From an uncultured Bacilli bacterium (lineage in GTDB: Bacteria > Bacillota_I > Bacilli_A > RF39 > UBA660): a stretch of 64,000 bases of DNA. Positions 29,321 to 38,377 of this stretch are shown in pieces (positions within the stretch are counted from its first letter, which is position 1; each line of letters starts with the position of its first letter). The notes below the pieces were generated by a model that was given only the letters and a program-made list of their open reading frames with translations, was not told the DNA's origin and did no database searches. The translations under genes were made by a program, and so were the position numbers. Where the stretch lies: positions 3,128 to 67,127 of the forward strand of contig CAKOMD010000002.1 in assembly GCA_934096555.1 (NCBI GenBank). The letters are read 5' to 3'.

Positions 29321-30067
29321 ATGAATATAATGAAGTTATTTAAAGATAAAAAAGTTGTGATCGCAGGTCCTTGTTCCTTTGGTACTTATGAAGAATTAGA
29401 TAGTATTACTAAAAAATTAAAAGAATTAAATGTCGATATACTTCGTGCGGGTACATTTAAAGGAAGAACAAGTCCTTATGCTTTTCAAGGATTAAGAGAT
29501 GAAGGCGTAGAAATATTAATTGATATTGGTAAGAAATATAATATACCAGTAGTTACTGAACTAACTAGTATAGAGCAAGTTAAAAAGTATGGTAATAAAC
29601 TAGATATAATTCAAATAGGAGCTAGAAATATGTATAACTATGAATTATTAAAAGAAGTAGGTAAATTAAAGACTCCAGTTATACTAAAAAGAGGACTATC
29701 TGCAACATATAATGAATGGCTTTTAGCGGCTGAATATATAAAAAATGAAGGTAATAATAATATAATTCTTTGCGAAAGAGGAATAAGAGGATTTGATCCG
29801 ACTACTAGAAACATTCTTGATATAGCGGCAGTTCCTTATATAAAGAAAAATACGAGTTATCCAATTATTGTTGATCCATCTCATGCTACTGGAACAAGAT
29901 ACATGATAAGACCATTATCTATAGCCTCAATAGCAGCAGGTGCAGATGGTATAATGGTTGAGGCTCATATAAGACCAGAAAAAAGTCTTTCTGATGCAGG
30001 GCAAACAATAAATATAAGTACATTAAAAGATATAATTAGTGATATAAATAAATATGAAAATATATAA
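29321..30067 (+). CDS. 3-deoxy-7-phosphoheptulonate (DAHP) synthase, class I-beta core type
   Basis: AGPCS, RAGTFKGRTSPYAFQGL, QIGARN, LKRG, CERG and VDPSH are motifs of the DAHPS/KDO8PS family. No other aro genes are adjacent. Confidence 0.75.
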   Translation: MNIMKLFKDKKVVIAGPCSFGTYEELDSITKKLKELNVDILRAGTFKGRTSPYAFQGLRDEGVEILIDIGKKYNIPVVTELTSIEQVKKYGNKLDIIQIGARNMYNYELLKEVGKLKTPVILKRGLSATYNEWLLAAEYIKNEGNNNIILCERGIRGFDPTTRNILDIAAVPYIKKNTSYPIIVDPSHATGTRYMIRPLSIASIAAGADGIMVEAHIRPEKSLSDAGQTINISTLKDIISDINKYENI

Positions 30068-30085
30068 TTAAGTAGGTGATATGTA

Positions 30086-31087
30086 ATGAAAAAAATAAAA
30101 TTAGGTGTAATATATGGCGGTTTATCCACGGAACATGAAGTATCTATTAATTCTGCGAAAAGTGTAATAGATAATTTAGATAAAGATAAATACGATATAT
30201 ATAAAATATATATTGATAAAAAAGGTGAATGGTATAAAGAAGATAATAAAATAGATAATGTCTTTGATTACTTAAGAAGCTTAGATGTTGTCTTTCCAGT
30301 TTTACATGGTCTATATGGTGAAGACGGTACTATTCAGGGATTATTTGAGTTACTTGGAGTACCTTATGTAGGCTGCGGAGTACTATCTAGTTCTTTAGGT
30401 ATGGATAAAGTATATGCAAAAATGATATTTGATAAAGTAGGAATAGAAAATGCTAAATACATTTATATCAAAAAAGTAGAGGATAAATATATCTATATAG
30501 ATGATAAGTTTAATGAAAAAGAATTATCACTTCAAGATATTGCATTAATTGTCGAATCTGAATTATCTCTACCAGTCTTTATAAAACCATCAAGAAGTGG
30601 TTCTTCAGTTGGAATAAATAAGGCTCATACTAGAGAAGAAGTAATTAAATACATAGAATATGCTTCAGGTTTTGATAATAAAATATTAATTGAAGAAAAT
30701 ATTGTTGGTAGAGAAATAGAATGTGCTGTATTAGGAAATAATGAGGTAGAAGCTTCACCACTTGGTGAGATATTACCTAAAGGTGAATTTTATAGTTATA
30801 ATGCCAAATATGTAGACGACTCTAAAACAATAATACCAGATGATATAGATAAAAACATTAGCGATAAAATAAGAAAAACTGCAATTAAAGCCTATAAGTC
30901 TCTTGATTGCTCTGGACTATCTAGAGTGGATTTCTTCTTAGAAAAAGATACCAACAGAATAATATTAAATGAAATAAATACTATGCCAGGATTTACTACG
31001 ATAAGTATGTATCCTAAGTTATGGGAAAGTACAGGATTATCTTATAGTGAGTTATTAGATAAACTAATTAGTCTTGCTTTAGAATAG
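30086..31087 (+). CDS. ddl: D-alanine--D-alanine ligase
   Basis: GVIYGGLSTEHEVS, FPVLHG.YGEDGTIQG, KP...GSSVGI and EINTMPGFT are present. 333 aa. Confidence 0.95.
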   Translation: MKKIKLGVIYGGLSTEHEVSINSAKSVIDNLDKDKYDIYKIYIDKKGEWYKEDNKIDNVFDYLRSLDVVFPVLHGLYGEDGTIQGLFELLGVPYVGCGVLSSSLGMDKVYAKMIFDKVGIENAKYIYIKKVEDKYIYIDDKFNEKELSLQDIALIVESELSLPVFIKPSRSGSSVGINKAHTREEVIKYIEYASGFDNKILIEENIVGREIECAVLGNNEVEASPLGEILPKGEFYSYNAKYVDDSKTIIPDDIDKNISDKIRKTAIKAYKSLDCSGLSRVDFFLEKDTNRIILNEINTMPGFTTISMYPKLWESTGLSYSELLDKLISLALE

Positions 31088-31093
31088 GTAATT

Positions 31094-31744
31094 ATGAAAA
31101 AGATAAAAGTAATAATAATGATAGTAACACTAGTACTAGTAATAGGACTTATATATTTATTATATATACTTAATATAATACCACATAGAAAGTATAGTAA
31201 TAGTGATTTTAATATTAATACTTATATTAGTAGTATAGATAAAGATAATGATGGTATAGATGATCAAACAGATATCTTAAATAGCGTTAGAGAATATATA
31301 AAGACAAAACCAAAATACAAAAGTAAATATTATAGTACAGGTTATCCTAATGATGAATATGGAGTATGTTCTGATGTAGTAGCCTTTGGATTAAAAGGAG
31401 CAGGTTATGATCTAAGAGAACTAGTAAATAATGATATTATAAATAATAAAGATAGTTATGATATTAAAACTATAGATAAAAATATAGACTTCAGAAGAGT
31501 AAGAAACTTAAAAGTATATTTTGAAAGAAATAGTATTAAATTAACTACTGATATTAATGATATTTCTTCTTGGCAAGGAGGAGATATAATTATATTTAAA
31601 AAACATATTGGTATTGTATCAGATAAAAGAAATAGTAAAGGAATACCATTTATTATCCATCATGCTAATCCATATCAATTACATTATGAAGAAGATATAT
31701 TAGAAAATAGAAATGATATTATAGGTCATTATAGAGTAAGTTAA
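31094..31744 (+). CDS. DUF1287-like (NlpC/P60-related) membrane-anchored protein
   Basis: N-terminal TM helix. GVCSDVVAFGLKGAGYDL, NIDFRRVRNL, GGDIIIF..HIGIV and IIHHA follow the pattern of the DUF1287 family. Confidence 0.65.
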   Translation: MKKIKVIIMIVTLVLVIGLIYLLYILNIIPHRKYSNSDFNINTYISSIDKDNDGIDDQTDILNSVREYIKTKPKYKSKYYSTGYPNDEYGVCSDVVAFGLKGAGYDLRELVNNDIINNKDSYDIKTIDKNIDFRRVRNLKVYFERNSIKLTTDINDISSWQGGDIIIFKKHIGIVSDKRNSKGIPFIIHHANPYQLHYEEDILENRNDIIGHYRVS

Positions 31745-31784
31745 TGTAATTAAGAAAAAATTAATATAATTATAAGAAAAACTT

Positions 31785-31849
31785 AAAAAACAATCATTAA
31801 AAAACTGGTATAATGTATTTATCAGCTATAATGATTGTTTTTTAATAAG
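31785..31849 (+). terminator. long hairpin terminator with a -10-like box in its loop
   Basis: AAAAAACAATCAT (31785-97) and ATGATTGTTTTTT (31831-43) form a 13-bp perfect stem. The 33-nt loop contains TGGTATAAT. Confidence 0.45.
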
Positions 31850-31866
31850 AATTGAGGTAATAATTT

Positions 31867-32694
31867 ATGAAAAAAGAAACAAAGAAAAAAACTAAAAGAA
31901 AGATATTAATATTTGTTATTATTTTAGTATCCATTATTTTTATAAGAACTGAATATTATAATTATAAATTTAATCACCAATATAAGAGCGCAGAAGAGAC
32001 TATAAATAATAAAAATATAGATAGTATTAATTATTTAGAGACTTTAGCAAATGAAAATCCAGATATTGCAAAGATTATGAAAAATAAAGATAGTTATCCT
32101 AAAATATTATTAGAAATGCTTTCTAGAAATCTTGATATGACTGACTATGTATTAAATTATTTAGATTATAAAGGACAAGTATTTTCTAATGATATAGGTA
32201 AAGTTACCAAAGGTAAATATCCATTACTACTTCAATATGATACTAGATGGGGATATGGAATGTATGGTGACGATGTTATTGCAATAAATGGCTGTGGACC
32301 AACATCTCTTGCTATGATAATCGCAGGTCTTACTGGTAGAAATGATATTACTCCTTATGATATTGCAACATACTCATATCAAAAAGGTTATTATACTGGT
32401 GGTACAAGCTGGAGTCTTTTTACTGAAGGAACCAGTAAATATGGAATTATAGGAACAGAAATACCATTATCAAAGGCTTCAATAATAAATGAATTAGAAC
32501 AAAACCATCCCATTATTTGTAGTATGAAAAAAGGAGACTTTACAACGACAGGACATATAATTACAATTGTAGGAACAAAGAATAAACAATTTATCATAAA
32601 TGATCCTAATAGTAGGGAAAGAAGCAATGAACTATGGAGTTATGAAACATTAGAACCTCAAATAAGAAATTTATGGTCGTTTAGACTAAAGTAA
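31867..32694 (+). CDS. membrane-anchored C39-like (papain-fold) peptidase domain protein
   Basis: N-terminal TM helix. YDTRWGY, INGCGPTSLAMIIAG (Cys), TTGHIITIVG (His) and INDPNS are present. Confidence 0.7.
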   Translation: MKKETKKKTKRKILIFVIILVSIIFIRTEYYNYKFNHQYKSAEETINNKNIDSINYLETLANENPDIAKIMKNKDSYPKILLEMLSRNLDMTDYVLNYLDYKGQVFSNDIGKVTKGKYPLLLQYDTRWGYGMYGDDVIAINGCGPTSLAMIIAGLTGRNDITPYDIATYSYQKGYYTGGTSWSLFTEGTSKYGIIGTEIPLSKASIINELEQNHPIICSMKKGDFTTTGHIITIVGTKNKQFIINDPNSRERSNELWSYETLEPQIRNLWSFRLK

Positions 32695-32731
32695 ATTAAG
32701 ATAAATATTTTAATAAAACCAAAAATTATAC

Positions 32732-32760
32732 TTGCATATTGTAACCTGATAAGTTATAAT
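32732..32760 (+). promoter_or_regulatory. promoter of the toxin-antitoxin-like pair
   Basis: TTGCAT (32732-37), 17-nt spacer, TATAAT (32755-60). Confidence 0.45.
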
Positions 32761-32777
32761 ATATTTGAGGCATAAAT

Positions 32778-33104
32778 TTGGTTATAAACGAGAGTACAGC
32801 ATACAAGAGGGACTATAAAAAAATTATAATTAATAAGCATATGATAAAAGAAAAAGAAAAAATAGAAAATATAAAAAATATTATATTATCTAGTAATAAT
32901 CTTCAAGAACTATTATGCAGCCCATATAAAGATATATATTATATTACTAAGAAAAGCGGTAATCTTAAAGAATATTATACCGCAAGAATAAACAGTAAAT
33001 TGAGATTAATAATGAAACCAGAAGGAGAATATCCTTATAATAATTTAACAATTGATAAAATAGAATTCGTATCAATAGATGATAAACACTATGGGGAGGG
33101 ATAA
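32778..33104 (+). CDS. RelE/ParE-superfamily-like toxin (putative)
   Basis: 108 aa, basic, with AYKRDYKK near the N-terminus and ...YYTARINSKLRLIMKP... in the core. TTG start. Its stop lies 2 nt before the HTH-peptidase gene. Confidence 0.5.
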   Translation: MVINESTAYKRDYKKIIINKHMIKEKEKIENIKNIILSSNNLQELLCSPYKDIYYITKKSGNLKEYYTARINSKLRLIMKPEGEYPYNNLTIDKIEFVSIDDKHYGEG

Positions 33105-33106
33105 TA

Positions 33107-34123
33107 ATGCAAGGATTTGGAAGCATGTTAAAAGATTATTTAGAGTACTATAAAATATCACAAACTGATTTTGCAGAAAGATTAGGTATTTCTACTAAAC
33201 ATATGAATGAAATACTAAATGGTAAAACTAATATATCAGAAGAACTTATGTTAGGTATAAGCTTAATTACTGATATAGATGTTAATTTAATATTTTACGT
33301 AGAAACAAAAAAGAGAATATATGGATATTTAAACAAAAAATTTAATAGTGAAAAAGAAATAAATAAATACTTAAATACTTTTTGCATAAAAGAAATGGCT
33401 AAGAAGAAATGGATAACATTAAAAGATAGTTCGTCATATACGCAAAATGCTATGGATTTACTTGATTATTTAGGTATAGCAAGTTTTGATAATGTTAGTA
33501 ATTATCTTAATCATAAAATATTATATAAGAAAAAAGAAGATGCTGATATTAATAAAATATATCTATGGATAAAAAGATGTGATAAGAAAATAGAAAAGAT
33601 AAATATACCAGAATATTCAAGTAGTAACTTAACATTGTTATTAAAAGAATTAAAAATTATTAGAAATAAAAAATTTAATGAAGAAGAATTAACAAAATTA
33701 TTTAATAAACAAGGTATTTATTTAGCAATTGAAGAAGCTTTAAATGGTACTAAAATAAGAGGCTGTACTATGGTAAAAAATAATAATCCATGTATATATA
33801 TAACTAGGTATTTTAAAGAAAAGGCTAGTTTCTATTTTACTCTATATCATGAAATAGGACATATTAAAAGTGATTATAATAAATTAAAGAATAAAATAAT
33901 GGTAAATAATGAAGAAACTAGTGAAAAAGAAATAGATAATTTTGCATTAAATCAAATGATACCAGATAATATTTGGAATAAAGTTAAAATAGATCCATCA
34001 AAAAGAGAAAAAATATGTAAAGATAATAATATTCCATTATGTTTCTTATATTCAAGGTTAGCATATGAAGGAATAATATCATATAAAAGTAAAGAGTATA
34101 ATAGTCATAAAGAAGCAATATAA
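33107..34123 (+). CDS. XRE-family HTH fused to ImmA/IrrE-type zinc metallopeptidase domain
   Basis: N-terminal HTH (ISQTDFAERLGISTKHMNEILNGK) and a C-terminal HExxH (LYHEIGHIKSD). Confidence 0.8.
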   Translation: MQGFGSMLKDYLEYYKISQTDFAERLGISTKHMNEILNGKTNISEELMLGISLITDIDVNLIFYVETKKRIYGYLNKKFNSEKEINKYLNTFCIKEMAKKKWITLKDSSSYTQNAMDLLDYLGIASFDNVSNYLNHKILYKKKEDADINKIYLWIKRCDKKIEKINIPEYSSSNLTLLLKELKIIRNKKFNEEELTKLFNKQGIYLAIEEALNGTKIRGCTMVKNNNPCIYITRYFKEKASFYFTLYHEIGHIKSDYNKLKNKIMVNNEETSEKEIDNFALNQMIPDNIWNKVKIDPSKREKICKDNNIPLCFLYSRLAYEGIISYKSKEYNSHKEAI

Positions 34124-34206
34124 ATAGATAGTCCTAATACTAGGATTGTCTTTTTAATTAAAAAATGATATACTAAGTACATAAAGTAATAAGGAGAATA
34201 TATATT

Positions 34207-34851
34207 ATGAAGTTAGAGGAAATTATAGATATTAGTAAAACAGTAGGAAATAGTTTATTTAAAGATATTACTTATATATGGGAAGTATTACCTAAGATAG
34301 AAGATAATATTATAGATATAGGTAATTCTTTAGATAAAGATAAATATACTATGATTGAAGAAAATATATGGGTAGGTAATAATACTAAGATAGATAAATT
34401 ATCTACGATAATAGCTCCATGTATAATTGGAGAGAATACTGAAATAAGACCAGGAGCCTATTTAAGGGGAAATGTCATAATTGGGGATAACTGTGTAATA
34501 GGAAATAGTGTTGAAGTAAAAAATTCTATTATATTTGATAATAGTCAAATACCACACTTTAACTATGTTGGAGACTCTATACTTGGCTATCATTCTCATC
34601 TAGGAGCAGGAGTAATCTTAAGTAATCTAAAGAATGATGAGAGTAATATTGTAATTAAAGGTATAGATACAAATATGATTAAATTAGGATCTATAATAGG
34701 TAATAATGTAAATATAGGTAGTAATAGTGTATTATATCCAGGTACTATCATAGGATGTAATACAAGTATATATCCCTTAACAAGAGTACGAGGAATAATA
34801 CCAAGTAATAGTATTATGAAAGATGAAAATAACATCATAGAGAAAGGATAA
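34207..34851 (+). CDS. left-handed beta-helix (hexapeptide repeat) acyltransferase, GlmU C-terminal-domain-like
   Basis: Successive [LIV]-G-x-x-x-x hexads (IGENTEIRPGAYLRGNVIIGDNCVIGNSVEVKNSII...IGNNVNIGSNSVL). 214 aa with no nucleotidyltransferase domain. It lies directly upstream of glmM. Confidence 0.7.
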   Translation: MKLEEIIDISKTVGNSLFKDITYIWEVLPKIEDNIIDIGNSLDKDKYTMIEENIWVGNNTKIDKLSTIIAPCIIGENTEIRPGAYLRGNVIIGDNCVIGNSVEVKNSIIFDNSQIPHFNYVGDSILGYHSHLGAGVILSNLKNDESNIVIKGIDTNMIKLGSIIGNNVNIGSNSVLYPGTIIGCNTSIYPLTRVRGIIPSNSIMKDENNIIEKG

Positions 34852-34854
34852 AAT

Positions 34855-36204
34855 ATGAAAAGATTATTTGGAACAGATGGTATAAGAGGTATAGCTTATA
34901 AGGATATAACTAAAGAGTTAGTTATCAAAGTAGCGGATGCTATAGCCTATATATTTAATAAGGAAGATAAAGACATTAAAGTTATAATAGGAAATGATGG
35001 AAGAGAATCTGCTGATATGATATTAAGTACATTAAAAGAAGAACTATTATCATGTGGTATCTCAGTATTAGATGCTGGTTTAATACCAACACCAGGTATA
35101 TCATATCTAGTAAAATATTATAATTATGATTTAGGTATTATGATTAGTGCCTCACATAATCCTCATGAATATAATGGTATTAAAATATTTGATAAAGAAG
35201 GAACTAAAATATCTGATAATTTAGAAGAAAATATCGAAGATCTAATATTTAATAATATAAAATATCCTAGTACTAAAAGAGGCATAATTTTAGATAATAG
35301 AGATGTAATAAAAGATTATGGTAATCATTTATTAGTTTCATTAAATAAATATAATAATAATGTTAATTATAATAATTTAAATATAGGAATAGATGCCTCT
35401 AATGGAGCTTCTTCTAAAGTATGTGAATATATCTTTTCTAAATTAGGCTCTAAATATCATATAATAAATAATACCCCAAATGGTACTAATATTAATGATA
35501 ATTGTGGTTCTACGCATCCAGAAGTATTAAGTAGTTATGTTATTAATAATAAATTAGATATAGGTATAGCTTTTGATGGCGACGCCGATAGAGTAGTATT
35601 CATAGATGAACTGGGTAATATAATCAATGGAGATTATATATTAGCTATCATAAGTAATGATTTAAAAAATAAAAATAAATTAAATAAAAATACTATCGTA
35701 GGTACAATACTAAGTAATCTAGGACTATTAGAATATTGTAAAAATAACAATATAGAATTTATAACTACCAAAGTAGGAGATAAATATGTCTATGAGTACT
35801 TAAGAGATAACAATCTATCATTAGGTGGTGAAGAAGCAGGTCATATCATTCTAAAGGAATATTGTAGTACTGGAGATGGACCGCTTATTTCATTAATTAT
35901 GTTATCTATTCTTGCTAGTAGTAATACTACTTTAAGTAATTTAACTAAGATTATGCATAAATATCCCGAAGTACATATAAATATTAAAGTAAATAGTAAA
36001 AATGATTTTACTACCAGTAATATGATTGAAGATAGTATTAAAGAAATAAGAAATAATCTTAAGGGTAACTATAGATTAGTAGTAAGACCATCAGGTACTG
36101 AACCATTAGTTAGAATTATAATTGAAGGTGAAGATCCTAAAGTACTCGAAGAGTCTTCAAATAAAATAAAAAGTATCATCAAAAATTTAAATATGGAGGT
36201 ATAA
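34855..36204 (+). CDS. glmM: phosphoglucosamine mutase
   Basis: LFGTDGIRG, phosphoserine loop SASHNP, DGDADR and GGEEAGH are present. 449 aa. Confidence 0.95.
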   Translation: MKRLFGTDGIRGIAYKDITKELVIKVADAIAYIFNKEDKDIKVIIGNDGRESADMILSTLKEELLSCGISVLDAGLIPTPGISYLVKYYNYDLGIMISASHNPHEYNGIKIFDKEGTKISDNLEENIEDLIFNNIKYPSTKRGIILDNRDVIKDYGNHLLVSLNKYNNNVNYNNLNIGIDASNGASSKVCEYIFSKLGSKYHIINNTPNGTNINDNCGSTHPEVLSSYVINNKLDIGIAFDGDADRVVFIDELGNIINGDYILAIISNDLKNKNKLNKNTIVGTILSNLGLLEYCKNNNIEFITTKVGDKYVYEYLRDNNLSLGGEEAGHIILKEYCSTGDGPLISLIMLSILASSNTTLSNLTKIMHKYPEVHINIKVNSKNDFTTSNMIEDSIKEIRNNLKGNYRLVVRPSGTEPLVRIIIEGEDPKVLEESSNKIKSIIKNLNMEV

Positions 36205-36206
36205 CA

Positions 36207-37262
36207 ATGGCTACAATTAAAGATTATTTAAAATACTATAAAAGTATTTCTTTTAAAGATAATAAACTAAATATAAATGATGTTATAATATTTACAGAAC
36301 TATCTTATATAGATTGGAGTAATATAGTACCTACTGGTAATAATAAAATAACACTAAAAGAAGCTTTTACCACTTACCAAGAATTTAAAAAAGACATCTA
36401 TCTAACTAGTTTTATGAAAGAAAATGTTAGTAATCTAAAAGATATTTATAATAGTAATAGATATAAAGATATCTATCTAAGTAATTATAGGAAACTTGTT
36501 GATAATGAAAAACAGTTTGGAGCTATTACTATTCATTTTGCTGATAAAGTATTTATATCATTTATGGGTACTAATGGTACAGTAATAGGTTGGAAAGAGG
36601 ATTTATCACTAGCTTATAACTTCCCAGTAGTAGCCCAAGAGTATGCTATTAACTATTTAGAGGAAGTTATTACTCCAAGTGATAATGAAATATATATCGG
36701 AGGCCATTCTAAAGGTGGTAATCTTGCTATGACATCTGCGATGTATACTAAAGAAGATATATTTAATAGAGTAAAAACTATATATAATTTAGATGGTCCT
36801 GGTTTTAGAGATAAGGAATATACAAGTAGTAACTTTAAGAAAATACTACCAAAACTACAAGTATATGTACCAGAAGATACTATAGTAGGCATGCTTCTAA
36901 ATACTTCAAATAATAAATACATCGTAAAAAGTACTGCAATAGGAGTACTAAGTCATGATGTCAATTCGTGGCAGTGTTTTGGAGAGTTTCTAGAAAAAGG
37001 AAAACAATCCAAACTAAGTATTACTATTGATAATAGAATTAAATCTTGGTTCAAAAACTATAACGATAAAGAAATAGAAAGAATGATAAATGCTATATTT
37101 GATATTCTAGAAAATAATAATATCAAAGAATTTAAAGAAATAAAGAATTTAAAATGGAATCAAATAGTAAAAATAATTAATGAAGTAAGTGATATAGATA
37201 GTGCTACGAAAAAGTTATACTTAGACACTATCAAAGATCTAATATGGGTAAATACTAAGTAA
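36207..37262 (+). CDS. DUF2974/Mbeg1-like alpha/beta hydrolase (lipase-like)
   Basis: Nucleophile-elbow-like GGHSKGGNLA with a preceding FMGTNGT..WKEDL pattern. 351 aa. Confidence 0.6.
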   Translation: MATIKDYLKYYKSISFKDNKLNINDVIIFTELSYIDWSNIVPTGNNKITLKEAFTTYQEFKKDIYLTSFMKENVSNLKDIYNSNRYKDIYLSNYRKLVDNEKQFGAITIHFADKVFISFMGTNGTVIGWKEDLSLAYNFPVVAQEYAINYLEEVITPSDNEIYIGGHSKGGNLAMTSAMYTKEDIFNRVKTIYNLDGPGFRDKEYTSSNFKKILPKLQVYVPEDTIVGMLLNTSNNKYIVKSTAIGVLSHDVNSWQCFGEFLEKGKQSKLSITIDNRIKSWFKNYNDKEIERMINAIFDILENNNIKEFKEIKNLKWNQIVKIINEVSDIDSATKKLYLDTIKDLIWVNTK

Positions 37263-37316
37263 TTTGCAAATTAAATAGTTTTGTAGTATAATATCTCTCA
37301 CTTAAAGGGGGATATT

Positions 37317-37976
37317 ATGGATAAATTAAATGAATTAAATAAATATGTCTATGAAGAATATAAACATTTACCTAATAGAGAGGAGTTATCTATACCTCTT
37401 CTTATTTCTTCAAATGATGATTATACCAATAATTTAGAAAGAAGAGTATTATATATTGGTCAAGAGACCAATTGCTGGATGAATTATGATGATAGCACTT
37501 ATTTACCTGATGTAGATGCTATCGAAGATAGATATTTTAAATTTCTAAAAGACGGTGCTAGAAATAGAGACTTTTGGGTATTTATAAGAAATGTTCTAGA
37601 ACTTCAAAAAGAAGATTTATTATCAAATGTTATTTGGAATAATGTCTTTATTGCGGGTAAAAGAAGAAGTATGGGTCATCCCGAAACAAATGATAAACTA
37701 GAAAATTTAAGTATGGAATACTTACTTGAAATAACAAAGATATTTAATCCAGAACATATTATATTTGTATGTGGCCCTACTAATCCTTATTATAGAGTAG
37801 TAACCAAATACTTAAAAGAAATTAATTCAGGGTTAGTCTATGATTATCCAACTCCTGATAAATTAGTAATAAATGATGATAGAGTCATATGGACTTATCA
37901 TCCTGCATATCAAAATAGAATTCATAAAAAAGATGAAGTATTAACTAAAGTAAGAAGTTTAGTTAATAATAGATAA
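37317..37976 (+). CDS. hypothetical protein with possible uracil-DNA glycosylase-superfamily fold
   Basis: Ordered motifs VLYIGQETNCW, VIWNNVFIAG, IIFVCGP and VIWTYHPAY parallel the UDG family blocks (GQDPY, LLN, LLWG, HPSP). The coding call is good, but the function is only pattern-level. Confidence 0.5.
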   Translation: MDKLNELNKYVYEEYKHLPNREELSIPLLISSNDDYTNNLERRVLYIGQETNCWMNYDDSTYLPDVDAIEDRYFKFLKDGARNRDFWVFIRNVLELQKEDLLSNVIWNNVFIAGKRRSMGHPETNDKLENLSMEYLLEITKIFNPEHIIFVCGPTNPYYRVVTKYLKEINSGLVYDYPTPDKLVINDDRVIWTYHPAYQNRIHKKDEVLTKVRSLVNNR

Positions 37977-38040
37977 AGAAGAATAGTAAAGTTCTTCTTT
38001 TATTATTTGTAGTACAAGCAAACAAATGTATGAAAACATA

Positions 38041-38069
38041 TTGACATTAATAATTCTATATGATATATT
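38041..38069 (+). promoter_or_regulatory. promoter upstream of the uvrB leader
   Basis: TTGACA (38041-46), 17-nt spacer ending TGA, TATATT (38064-69). Confidence 0.5.
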
Positions 38070-38143
38070 AAATTAGCAGTAAGAAATAAGTCTACATATT
38101 AAATTAATATTAGGTATATAGTATCTGCTTATATATAATAGAC

Positions 38144-38210
38144 TCTATATTAAGACTTAGAATAAGACTTAATATAGCAGTGTGAGACTTAATTTATTAA
38201 GGCTCAAACT
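38144..38210 (+). repeat. paired-hairpin intergenic element, locus 7 (inverse orientation, degenerate)
   Basis: CTATATTAAG-ACTTAGAATAAGA-CTTAATATAG (38144-76) is directly followed by CAGTGTGAG-ACTTAATTTATTAAGG-CTCAAACTG (38177-210). Confidence 0.65.
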
Positions 38211-38278
38211 GAATAAAAATAATATATTGTTTAATATTAATATTTATGATAAAATACATAAAGAAGTGGGTGATAACT

Positions 38279-38377
38279 ATGTTTGAACTAATATCAAAAT
38301 ATAAACCAGCTGGTGATCAGCCTGAAGCCATAAAAGAATTAGTAGATGGTATAAAGGAAGGAAAAGGAGTAGCATAA
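38279..38377 (+). pseudogene. duplicated 5' fragment of uvrB (32 codons), now a leader ORF abutting rhuM
   Basis: [32 protein letters not shown] matches the first 27 residues of the real UvrB at 39463 except for one change. Its TAA (38375-77) directly abuts the ATG of the RhuM-family gene. Confidence 0.85.

Noticed and set aside
38000-38278. LexA (Cheo box, GAAC-N4-GTTC) operator upstream of uvrB.
   Set aside because: No GAAC-N4-GTTC-like palindrome is visible in either the 38000-38278 leader or the 39404-39462 region. The only GAAC lies inside the coding start.
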